Source of the DNA: Sedimentisphaerales bacterium
Lineage (GTDB): Bacteria > Planctomycetota > Phycisphaerae > Sedimentisphaerales > SM23-30
Reading direction: 5' to 3' (one strand)
Length of the DNA: 64,000 nucleotides
Assembly (NCBI GenBank): GCA_963666285.1
Contig: OY762711.1
Shown: in pieces, positions 11,457 through 20,502 of the stretch
Layout: each line of letters starts with the position of its first letter
Position numbering within the stretch: position 1 is the first letter of the stretch
The notes under the pieces: generated by a model
Databases searched by the model: none
Seen by the model: only the letters and a program-made list of their open reading frames with translations
Told to the model about the DNA's origin: nothing
Translations under genes and position numbers: made by a program

Positions 11457-12756
11457 GATAAAAATATTGATAATTTTATGCTGCCTGCTGCTTTCTAGCA
11501 GCTTCGGCAGCCGGGTTGAAATTAAAGAAGTACGTTCAACAGGACAGGGCAGCAAGCTCAGGGAAGCAATTGATAATGCCTTGGTAAGAGCTGTAAAGCA
11601 AGTAAACGGAGTTACAGTTTCTAGTAACGCAGAAGCAGTTATTTGTTCCTCCGACATCTTTGTCAGTTCTGACAACAACGAATCTTTCTTAAACACGAAT
11701 ATGGAAGACTATAGAAAGACAATTCGTACATCTACAGATGGACATGTTGCAGGGTTTGATATTATCAGCCAAAATAATGACTCTGGAATATATGAAGTGG
11801 AAATAATGGCACGGATACCTGTATTTGTTCATGATGGAACCAATCCTCATTTAAGAAAAAAGATAATCGTTTTGCCATTCAGAACAGATAGAACATGTTT
11901 TGAATTAAATGGAGATAAAGTTTCATCATCAAAAGTTGTTGACACTTTGGCTGCAAAGCTGGTTTCTGAAATAACTCATACAAGGCGTTTTTCTGTTTTA
12001 GATAGAAAATTTACCAGGGAATATATAGACGAAAAGGAAATGATATTGATGGGAGATGTTATACCGGTTGATAAGGAAAAACTTAACCAGGTATTGAGTA
12101 CGGGCTATATACTTACCGGTGAAATTTCTGAATTTATGTATACTTATACTAAAGAATACAACGAATGGACTAAGGCGACAATTGAGAAGCATTATGTTTC
12201 TGCCTGCTGCGATTATTCAATCATTGATTTTGCCACAAGACAGGTTAAATGGGCAGGGTCGCTCAATCTTGAACTGAATGAAAATGATCTTGAATATAGT
12301 AATTATTCCAATTTTACTATAGTTAGTCTATTGAATTATATCACGGAAAAAATGGCAGATGAAATTACAATTGATTCGATAGAAAGTATATTCCCACCGA
12401 GAGTAATAGATGTCACTCAAGATGGCAGGGTTGTATTGAATATCGGCGGCAGAGCGGTTGATAATGGAGATGTTTATGATGTATATTCAGCAGGCAAGGA
12501 ATATTTTGACCCTTATACCGGAGAATCGCTAGGTAAGTCTGAGAAATGGATAGCTAAAATTATGATTATTAATAATACATCAAAAATGTCATATGCTAAT
12601 GTCATTGAAGGTAATCTTAAAGATTTGACTGTAGGAGATATTTGCCGCAGGTCAAAAGATATCCCGGATGATTTTTCAAGTAGTTCAGACATAATCGGTC
12701 ACCAGCCTACAGTTGAGATTTTGCCCGGCGGCGGTGTTGTTCTACCTGGAGATTGA
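11446..12756 (+). CDS. CsgG/HfaB-family envelope protein
   Basis: AAGGAG RBS; TRRFSVLDRK motif; DPYTGESLG FlgT-like C-terminal motif. Confidence 0.75.
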   Translation: MTGKIKILIILCCLLLSSSFGSRVEIKEVRSTGQGSKLREAIDNALVRAVKQVNGVTVSSNAEAVICSSDIFVSSDNNESFLNTNMEDYRKTIRTSTDGHVAGFDIISQNNDSGIYEVEIMARIPVFVHDGTNPHLRKKIIVLPFRTDRTCFELNGDKVSSSKVVDTLAAKLVSEITHTRRFSVLDRKFTREYIDEKEMILMGDVIPVDKEKLNQVLSTGYILTGEISEFMYTYTKEYNEWTKATIEKHYVSACCDYSIIDFATRQVKWAGSLNLELNENDLEYSNYSNFTIVSLLNYITEKMADEITIDSIESIFPPRVIDVTQDGRVVLNIGGRAVDNGDVYDVYSAGKEYFDPYTGESLGKSEKWIAKIMIINNTSKMSYANVIEGNLKDLTVGDICRRSKDIPDDFSSSSDIIGHQPTVEILPGGGVVLPGD

Positions 12757-12823
12757 TATGTCTTCTTTATTTCTAAATGTTAAGATGACCTTAACAATTA
12801 TACAAATTGAATTGGAGTAAAAA

Positions 12824-14167
12824 ATGAAATATGTGATTTATAGTATGTTACTTTTCTGCACCACACTATTTTGCGGGTGCAACAGTCCTCGAGACAAGAT
12901 TAATGATTTTGATACACTCTATAAAAATGGTGAGTATGACAAGGCTTTGACTTTTTTAGAAAAAAACAGCTCTAAAAATTATAAAGGCCGCAATGAAGAT
13001 CTGCTCTGGTGCCTGAATGCCGGTGTAATCAACTGGTTAAAGCACGATTACGAACAAAGTGTCAGGATGTTTGATTATGCAGAGGCAATTCTAAAACAGC
13101 ATGACCTTGGTGAAAACGAAACTGGCGAGATAGCTGTGTCCGCTGCTGCAAATGAAACTTTAATACCGTATACAGGTGAAATATTTGACGGTATTATGCT
13201 GAATGTATACAAAGGTATTAGTTTTATGTCTTTGGGAAATAACGAGTTTGCAAGAGTTGAATTTAACCGAGCTATGGACCGCCAGCGTCGTGCTCTCAAA
13301 CAATACGATGCAGAGCTTAAAAAACTTAAAGATCAGGAAAAAAAGTCGGGCAATAGTATCGATAACCAAAAATGCCGCTCGATTGTTTCAGAACACTATC
13401 CTGACCTTGACAAATATGAAGTATATCACGATTTTGTCAATCCTTTTGCTACGTATATGGCCGGCCTTTTTTATTATATGGATGGCGATGCCAACAAGGC
13501 TATAGATTATTTCAAGGAAGCAGCAGGCATGATGCCGGATAATGACTATGTTCAGCAGGATTTACGTTTAGCAGAATTAGCCGTTTTTGAAAACTCAAAA
13601 ACCGATGGTTATGTGTGGGTTATATTTGAAAACGGGCTCGGTCCGATTCGTAAAGAATTTCGCGTTGATCTGCCGGTTATTATAGATAAAAAAGAAATGG
13701 TTGTAAGTGTTGCTCTGCCTAAGCTTGAATGCCGTAATTCTGCGTGTCCGAATTTGATTTTAGAAGCTGAGGGAAGTTCAGTAAAAACCCGGGAGCTGAC
13801 TAGTATGGATCGCATAATTCAGACTGAGTTCAAAAAGGATTACAGTTCTATACTTACTCGTGCAATATTATCAACATCATCAAAAGCTGTCATGCAGTAT
13901 TCGCTTCGAAACAAGAATGTTGGTTTCCAGCTTGGCTCTATGGCATATGCTTTTCTATCTACTACCGCTGATACCAGGATCTGGACAACATTACCGAAAA
14001 ATTTTCAGCTCGCCAGAATTGAAATTCCAGGTGATAGAAAATTACAGCTGGTAATACCCGGCGGAAATAGAGTTGATATAACACTGGACGATTGTAAAAA
14101 TGCGATTATATATGCAAAACTACCGGGAAAAAACAGTGAGCTCGTATATGATGTGATTAAGTATTAG
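12824..14167 (+). CDS. COG3014-family TPR lipoprotein
   Basis: Lipobox FCGC; ARVEFNRA.DRQ, FENGLGP, ADTRIWTTLP motifs. Confidence 0.8.
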   Translation: MKYVIYSMLLFCTTLFCGCNSPRDKINDFDTLYKNGEYDKALTFLEKNSSKNYKGRNEDLLWCLNAGVINWLKHDYEQSVRMFDYAEAILKQHDLGENETGEIAVSAAANETLIPYTGEIFDGIMLNVYKGISFMSLGNNEFARVEFNRAMDRQRRALKQYDAELKKLKDQEKKSGNSIDNQKCRSIVSEHYPDLDKYEVYHDFVNPFATYMAGLFYYMDGDANKAIDYFKEAAGMMPDNDYVQQDLRLAELAVFENSKTDGYVWVIFENGLGPIRKEFRVDLPVIIDKKEMVVSVALPKLECRNSACPNLILEAEGSSVKTRELTSMDRIIQTEFKKDYSSILTRAILSTSSKAVMQYSLRNKNVGFQLGSMAYAFLSTTADTRIWTTLPKNFQLARIEIPGDRKLQLVIPGGNRVDITLDDCKNAIIYAKLPGKNSELVYDVIKY

Positions 14168-14176
14168 TATGTGATA

Positions 14177-14369
14177 GTTTACTTTCGCAGTTTTTAAGTT
14201 GTAAAAATCGCCTAAAAGGGCCTTCCTGCAACACTTATGTTATTAACAAAGCGTAAAACGATAGTCGAACACCTTAATTTTTCACTTAATTGGCCCTGTT
14301 CCGGCCTTTACGTGTAATGTTGAACAGTCAAAAGTGTGTCATGTATATGATGCGAAGTATAAACCGTAC
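14177..14369 (+). repeat. dispersed intergenic repeat family A copy
   Basis: Close match to 51151-51383 with two internal deletions; sits between two operon genes. Confidence 0.9.
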
Positions 14370-14426
14370 TGATATAATACATGTGTATAAACATTATAAG
14401 TTAAAATATTTACAGAGGAATCTAAA

Positions 14427-15017
14427 ATGAGAAAAATATTATTTATAACATTGTCGTTAGTTTTGGCCGTCGGTATTGTTGGTTGCCAGACTGCTACTTC
14501 AAATATTGATACCCAAAATGATACAGGTAAGGCTGTCTTGGGCCTCGATTATAGAGATTTTGCCAGGGCTGCATCTGAAATGGTAGAGACAATGAGCCGA
14601 TCAAAAGCGCTTAGCAAGCCAGCCGGCGGAAGATATGTCATGGCTACGTCAGTTATTAAAAATGATACTGATCTAAGAATCGATACCGACCAGTTGATGG
14701 CAAAGATCCAGGAAGAACTGCTAAATAGCGGCAGGGTAGTATTTACTAGTTCAATCGGATCAGGTGATAGTGTTGATGAGATGATACGCCAGGCACGTAA
14801 ACTGCGCGAAGATCAGGAATTCAATAAAAGTACCGTTCAGCAAAAAGGTAAGCTTATCGCTCCTGACTTGAGTATTTCAGGAAAACTTATTCAAAAGAAT
14901 ATCGATTACACTCGGAACTCTCGCCAGGTTGAATATTATATCCAGTTGAGAATTACAGAACTTGAAAGCGGACTTATTATTTGGCAGCACGAAAAATTCA
15001 TCGGTAAAAGAGGTTAA
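14427..15017 (+). CDS. lpoB: penicillin-binding protein activator LpoB-like lipoprotein
   Basis: Lipobox IVGC; GLDYRDF, NDT..RIDTDQL, APDLSISGK, G.IIW..EK.I.K motifs. Confidence 0.8.
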   Translation: MRKILFITLSLVLAVGIVGCQTATSNIDTQNDTGKAVLGLDYRDFARAASEMVETMSRSKALSKPAGGRYVMATSVIKNDTDLRIDTDQLMAKIQEELLNSGRVVFTSSIGSGDSVDEMIRQARKLREDQEFNKSTVQQKGKLIAPDLSISGKLIQKNIDYTRNSRQVEYYIQLRITELESGLIIWQHEKFIGKRG

Positions 15018-15281
15018 GGTGATTAGTTCCTTATGATACAACAGGATATATCAAACATAATCTTAGACTTATCATAGACTCCTGCGATTATAACTATAAA
15101 ACGACTATGGTACTAAGTCTTTAATACTATTATGGTATTGTATTTTTAGGAACTATTTTACATTATGAAGGTTTTAATATCTAAGCGATAAACTAATAAT
15201 CTATATGTCGGCGGTTCAGGATTTCAACCGTCGACTTGATTATTAGAACTGATCCTCGTTAGTCCAAATCCCAGGTACTAC

Positions 15282-15546
15282 CGGCAAGCCGATACACGCC
15301 TGACGGGTGAACCGGGCTGTTTGCGCATAAAAAAAGGAACAAGCTAACTTCTTGTTCCTTAGTGACTTACGTCGAATGCGGTCAATAGGACTCGAACCTA
15401 TGATCTGCCGGTTTCAAGCGGCAATCGCATTTTCACCGTAAACCCTTATCTTAATTGCAGTTATGGGCTTAAACTTTTTCCAGAAAGTCGCAAAATTGCC
15501 ACAAAATCCGGCATATCAGGACACGCCGACAAGCCAAAACAAGCCT
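15282..15546 (-). repeat. inverted copy of att-like junction (upstream arm, tRNA T-arm fragment, terminator, downstream arm)
   Basis: Reverse complement matches 25865-26127; core TCATAGGTTCGAGTCCTATTGACCGCA at 15377-15403. Confidence 0.9.
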
Positions 15547-16304
15547 AATAATTCCGCTTATTACCATATTCATCAAATCCATTTTCAGCCTCATTTCACT
15601 GAAACTAGTCTGGTTTTCCGGGTAATCTGGTATTTTTTATACATTGGAAACTGGTTATGATATTCATAACTATGATAAACGTGAGATAAATACCTTAAAA
15701 AGTTGTTGTAGTTACGTGCCTCGCGGGTGAACATGTGCGGGTTCAACAAAGAACCATTCGATTCAATGAAACATAAAGTCAATTATCGCAAGTTTGCTGT
15801 CGGCATATTATAATACTTTATTTGCCCTTACTGTTTTTATTGTAAGTTTGTTTGCATTTGCGGCGTAGCTCTGAATCGAACAGCAAGCATTTGTTCACGC
15901 AACTAACCTGTTTCCGTGCAAATCCCCATCTTTTAAGTTCTTTTAAGCTATTTTGCCAAAAATGTTGCAGCTACGTAAATTTCTCATGAAGCATCAATAT
16001 CAATAAGCATCTCAGAGCAAAAGAGTTAAGAAATGCTCATTAAATGGTTTAATTATCGCAGATTATGGCTATAATTCATTATAACTCTGACTAACCGATG
16101 GATAGTTTGAGAGGAATTTTAGGCATTAGTTGTTAGCTGTCAGGCAGCAAAAACCGCATCGCGGCATCATGGCCTGGTAATATAACAGCTTATATTGAAA
16201 TGCTTTATAGTAAATGAAAGTGCCGGATCAGTCACTTTGAGATTGCAGGTATTATTAAATCATTTTTTAGCGAATTTTGAATTATTTTTTGGAATGGAGC
16301 AGGT

Positions 16305-16832
16305 ATGATCGAGCTATTGAGGCAAAGACGAAGTATAAGGCAGTTTACAGAACAGAAGATCGAGTCTGAAAAGATCGAAATTCTGCAAGAGGCAGTTTTG
16401 CGGTCGCCGAGCAGCCGTAATTTCGACCCGTGGGAATTCGTCTTTGTTACTGATAATGCAATTCTGACAGAGCTGGCCGAGGCCAAAGAACATGGCAGTG
16501 AGTTTCTAAAAGGGGCCCAGCTGGCGATTGTGGTATGCGGCGACCAGACCAAGAGCGATGTATGGGTGGAAGACTGCTCGATCGCGGCGATAATAGCGCA
16601 GCTGACGGCACAATCGCTGGGGCTGGCCAGCTGCTGGGTACAGATTCACAAGCGTATGCATGATGACCATATGACTAGTAACCATTATGTAAAGGAAATT
16701 TTGAACCTGCCCGACGGACTCTCGGTCGAATCGATAATCGGGATTGGTTATGCCGCCGAATCGCGTGAGCCAAAGGATGCAAATGACCTGGAATATGAAA
16801 AGATCCATCTGGATAAGTGGGTAAAGAACTAG
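16305..16832 (+). CDS. nitroreductase family protein
   Basis: RRSIRQF, SPSSRN..PWEF, AQSLGLASCWV motifs. Confidence 0.92.
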   Translation: MIELLRQRRSIRQFTEQKIESEKIEILQEAVLRSPSSRNFDPWEFVFVTDNAILTELAEAKEHGSEFLKGAQLAIVVCGDQTKSDVWVEDCSIAAIIAQLTAQSLGLASCWVQIHKRMHDDHMTSNHYVKEILNLPDGLSVESIIGIGYAAESREPKDANDLEYEKIHLDKWVKN

Positions 16833-16888
16833 TAGAGCAAGCGATAAGGAATTTCCGTCGGTGGCGTTAAGCTAATCATATAGAATAT

Positions 16889-17293
16889 ATGGCAGAAGTA
16901 AAGATAATCAGGATGGCAACACAAGGCGACCAGCGAGGTCGTTCGATGCCGATACCGGAAGAAGCCTTTGAGTTTCTCGATGGTGCCATGGAAATGCATA
17001 TTACCGAGCTGAAAAGCGGTGCGGTGAGAGGCAATCACTGGCACGATAACCGCAACGAAGTGATGGTAGTGCAGGCTGACAGCCAATGGCAGTTTGCCTG
17101 GAGCGAAGATAAGGACACACCGCCGGCCGAAACGCTAAGCTTTGCCGCGTGCGAGTTCGCTGCAATATTGATACCGCGGCTGACATGCCATGCTATAAGG
17201 AATTGCGGCGAAAAGCCGATATGGGTTGCCGCGATTGCTGATGGCAAATACGACGGCATAACGCCGGATACCTATGCGAGAATTTTGCTGTAA
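16889..17293 (+). CDS. cupin-fold protein (WxcM/sugar isomerase-like)
   Basis: D.RG, G.VRGNHWH..RNE and HAIRN cupin motifs. Confidence 0.7.
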   Translation: MAEVKIIRMATQGDQRGRSMPIPEEAFEFLDGAMEMHITELKSGAVRGNHWHDNRNEVMVVQADSQWQFAWSEDKDTPPAETLSFAACEFAAILIPRLTCHAIRNCGEKPIWVAAIADGKYDGITPDTYARILL

Positions 17294-17393
17294 CGAAATT
17301 CTCGAGTGAAAAGAAAAACAAACAGTGAAAAATCAAGGTATTGCTGCGCAACCTTTTTCTTAAATCGCAGCATTCATTCAAACAATAAATATT

Positions 17394-18011
17394 ATGAGTA
17401 AATTAAAACTTGGAATTATGCTGTCCGGCGGCGGTCGGACAATGGTAAATATTGCCGAATATATCGATCGCGGCGAGCTGGATGCAGAGATCGTTTGCGT
17501 GGTGAGCAGCCGCAGCGATGTGGCCGGCATTGAACGCAGCCGGGAACTGGGCATAGAGCCGGTGATATTGCGCGGTAAGGATTTCGACACCGTTGAAGCT
17601 TTTAGCGGTGCGATTTCGAATGTGCTGAAAGAAAGCGGGGCGGAGCTGGTATTGCAATGCGGCTGGATGTGCTTCTGGCAGGTCCCCAAAGAGCTGGAAG
17701 GTAAGGTAATGAATATTCACCCTTCGCTGCTGCCGATGTTTGGCGGCAAGGGGATGTACGGGCATCATGTGCATGAAGCACTGGAGGCTCGCGGGTGCAA
17801 GGTTAGCGGTTGTACTGTACATTTTGTAACGAATGAATATGATGCCGGGCCGATTATTGTACAGAAAACATGCGAGATTGACGCCGCGGATGATGCCGAT
17901 GCGATTGCCGCGAAGGTATTTGAGCAGGAATGCCTGGCATACCCCAAAGCAATACGGCTGTTTGGACAAGGTCGGCTAGAGATTGTCGGCAGTAAGGTCG
18001 TAATCAAATAA
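17394..18011 (+). CDS. purN: phosphoribosylglycinamide formyltransferase
   Basis: LSGGGRT, NIHPSLLP.FGGKGMYG..VH, SGCTVHFV..EYDAGPII motifs. Confidence 0.95.
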   Translation: MSKLKLGIMLSGGGRTMVNIAEYIDRGELDAEIVCVVSSRSDVAGIERSRELGIEPVILRGKDFDTVEAFSGAISNVLKESGAELVLQCGWMCFWQVPKELEGKVMNIHPSLLPMFGGKGMYGHHVHEALEARGCKVSGCTVHFVTNEYDAGPIIVQKTCEIDAADDADAIAAKVFEQECLAYPKAIRLFGQGRLEIVGSKVVIK

Positions 18012-18024
18012 GGAGCTTTGACGA

Positions 18025-18615
18025 ATGGCAATCAAGGCGATAATATTTGACCAGGATGGAACACTGACTGTACCGACGCTGGACTTCGACCGGATACGAG
18101 CTGATATCGGCGGAATAGACGGACCGATCCTGGAGGCGATGCTGGTAATGCCGGAAAGCGAACGCCGACGTGCGGAGGCGATACTGCACGAGCACGAAAT
18201 GGAGGCGGCACGGAACTATGAACTGAACCCAGGAGTCGAGCTGATTTTCGATTATATCGCAAAGAGTAATTTGAAGGTGGCATTGCTGACGCGGAATCAG
18301 CGGATGATGGTGGAGCTGCTGTGGAAAAAGTATGATTTTTTGCGGTTTCATGCAGTGGCAACACGTGACGATGAGGGCCCGGCCAAACCTGACCCGTATC
18401 ATGTCTTTCGATTGTGCGATTGTCTGGGGGTTGTCCCGGCAGAGGCAATGGTGGTTGGCGATTTCGAGTTTGATATTGAGGCCGGGCGGAACGCCGGAAC
18501 AAAAACAGTGCTGATAACGACCAGCCCGAACTGGAGAAATTTCGCCTCGAAAGCTGATTTTGTAATCGCTGATATGGCAGAACTGGTGGAGATCATCGAA
18601 AGTCAAAATGGATGA
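18025..18615 (+). CDS. HAD-superfamily hydrolase
   Basis: FDQDGTL motif I, LTRN, KPDP, VVGDFEFD. Confidence 0.9.
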   Translation: MAIKAIIFDQDGTLTVPTLDFDRIRADIGGIDGPILEAMLVMPESERRRAEAILHEHEMEAARNYELNPGVELIFDYIAKSNLKVALLTRNQRMMVELLWKKYDFLRFHAVATRDDEGPAKPDPYHVFRLCDCLGVVPAEAMVVGDFEFDIEAGRNAGTKTVLITTSPNWRNFASKADFVIADMAELVEIIESQNG

Positions 18616-18703
18616 AATTGCACGGTTGTGAGTTCCCGTCATATTCTTAAAAGCGGCAAAATATTGTAAATTAAAGTTTTATGAGAATTTGCCAATTTTA
18701 TCC

Positions 18704-18731
18704 TTGCAATGAGACCTATTTGATATATAAT
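18704..18731 (+). promoter_or_regulatory. putative sigma70 promoter of tRNA-fMet
   Basis: TTGCAA-16 nt-TATAAT just upstream of the tRNA. Confidence 0.55.
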
Positions 18732-18749
18732 AACCGATCTACAACAGAC

Positions 18750-18823
18750 CGCGGGATGGAGCAGTCTGGTAGCTCGCCGGGCTCATAACCCGGAGGTCAT
18801 AGGTTCGAATCCTATTCCCGCTA
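18750..18823 (+). tRNA. initiator tRNA-fMet (CAU)
   Basis: Cloverleaf; unpaired C1; anticodon arm CCGGG-CTCATAA-CCCGG with three consecutive G-C pairs; T-loop GGTTCGAATCC; CCA not encoded. Confidence 0.95.
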
Positions 18824-19431
18824 TTTATAAAGCATTAAAGGACAGGCACTTAGCTTGTTCTTTTTTGTATTTTAAATGCTTCAAATTTAAACAGTGTAGC
18901 AAATTGTAGCATTATTGATTTTGTCTTGTTTTTTTCTAACACATTAGAGTACTTTAATATTTTCTGTTCCGATTTATGCCTCTGTGAGGATGAGGCTGAC
19001 AAAGAAGAAAACACAGTAATATTCATATATTGCGAGTATTTCTGATGAAGTCAGCCGAAACCGCAACAGGCAAAAAGCGAACACGCCACAAAGTGATGCG
19101 AAGCATAAAAATTAAATTGCTCTAAATCGCTCCAAACTGTCGTCGTTTTTCATTTTTTATACACAAGAGTATAAAAAATCATTCGACTTACTCGATTATA
19201 TTTGAATTACGTGACAATTTTAATTTCAAATCAAATCTTCACTCTACATGAATACATTATCCCACAGGATACACCAAACTCGGTGACATCTGAATGATAA
19301 TAAAAAATTCTCGAGCTCCTGGCAAACACATAGCATTTGTCTTTTCCTATTTTCAATAATCGCAATTATACAATAAAACCAACAAAGGTTAATGGTGTGA
19401 AAATGACTGGATACAGTACATAGTTTTATTT

Positions 19432-20490
19432 TTACTCAAGCATTTCTTTTTGAAATTCCTCTATCTTCACCAAGGTTGAATCATGCAGTTTTAATTTACC
19501 TGAGACCTTCTCCCATTTATAAATACTGGTAGCAGAAATACCTAACTGTTGGGCAAATTTTGGCACAGACAGACCAGACTGCTTTCTTAGCATGGCAATA
19601 GCTTTGCCGGATGGCTGTTTTCGGATCTTGTTGTCATTTTTGGATAATTTTATTTTTCTTGCTACCTTTATTACCGTTTTCTTTTTACGGGCCAGTTTTT
19701 TTCGTTTGAAAACTACCTTCTTCTTGGCCTTGAACTTAGTTTTCTTAGCTGTTTTAGGAGTTGACTTAGCAGGTTTCTTATCCGGAAGATCCAGTTCGAT
19801 ATCATCACCAAATATGCCGACAAGTTTATCATTCGAGATTGTTTTAGCAGCTTTAGCGCCTACAATTTCAATTTTCATGTCACCACTGATAAGTTCACTC
19901 GCATCAACATTACGCAGAATAAACAGAAGCTCCGGTTGGCTATCTAACCTGTTACCTATTCCATACATTACAGCTGCTACATGCTTACACATAGTTGCCC
20001 AATCAGGACAATTACAACCCAGCTTTATTTCTCCTGGCAATGGCATAAGACCATTTTCACAATCGGTAACTATCTCCATTACATGGTCAGACAATTTCCC
20101 CTGCAATAGCTCTAACATTGTACCTATTTTACCAGCACATTGTTTCTTGATAGAATTCCACACTTTCTTTTTCAACGGTTCAATATGTATAACAATATTA
20201 TAAAGCTCTGATCCGCTGACAATTGCCTCTATTCGCCCGGGAAGTATTTCCAGATGACAAACTGATCCATTTCGAGCATAAGTCCTACCACGGGGAAGTC
20301 GATTTTCAAAATCCGAAAATGATTCCAGATGATCACACCAGGCCTTACCCCAAAAGCTTCTGGCAATCGCACGTCCTTCAATTTCAACAGGCTCGATATT
20401 CTTGCCTTTTTTCCGCATCTTTTCAATTTGCTTTTTAGCTTTTGCCCTTCGTTGCGATACAGGCACATACGGTTTCCAATAATAAGGCAT
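19432..20490 (-). CDS. SWIM zinc-finger protein with C-terminal XRE-type HTH
   Basis: RLPRGRTYARNGSV; CNCPDWATMCKHVAAV SWIM motif; Lys-rich linker; LRKQSGLSVPKFAQQLGISATSIYKWE HTH. Confidence 0.9.
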   Translation of the reverse strand: MPYYWKPYVPVSQRRAKAKKQIEKMRKKGKNIEPVEIEGRAIARSFWGKAWCDHLESFSDFENRLPRGRTYARNGSVCHLEILPGRIEAIVSGSELYNIVIHIEPLKKKVWNSIKKQCAGKIGTMLELLQGKLSDHVMEIVTDCENGLMPLPGEIKLGCNCPDWATMCKHVAAVMYGIGNRLDSQPELLFILRNVDASELISGDMKIEIVGAKAAKTISNDKLVGIFGDDIELDLPDKKPAKSTPKTAKKTKFKAKKKVVFKRKKLARKKKTVIKVARKIKLSKNDNKIRKQPSGKAIAMLRKQSGLSVPKFAQQLGISATSIYKWEKVSGKLKLHDSTLVKIEEFQKEMLE

Positions 20491-20502
20491 ACAAATTTTC
20501 TC

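Noticed and set aside
17403..18642. Long antisense ORFs over purN/HAD, and similar ones over mreB, the ABC ATPase and the IS genes
   Set aside because: Shadows of well-supported genes on the opposite strand
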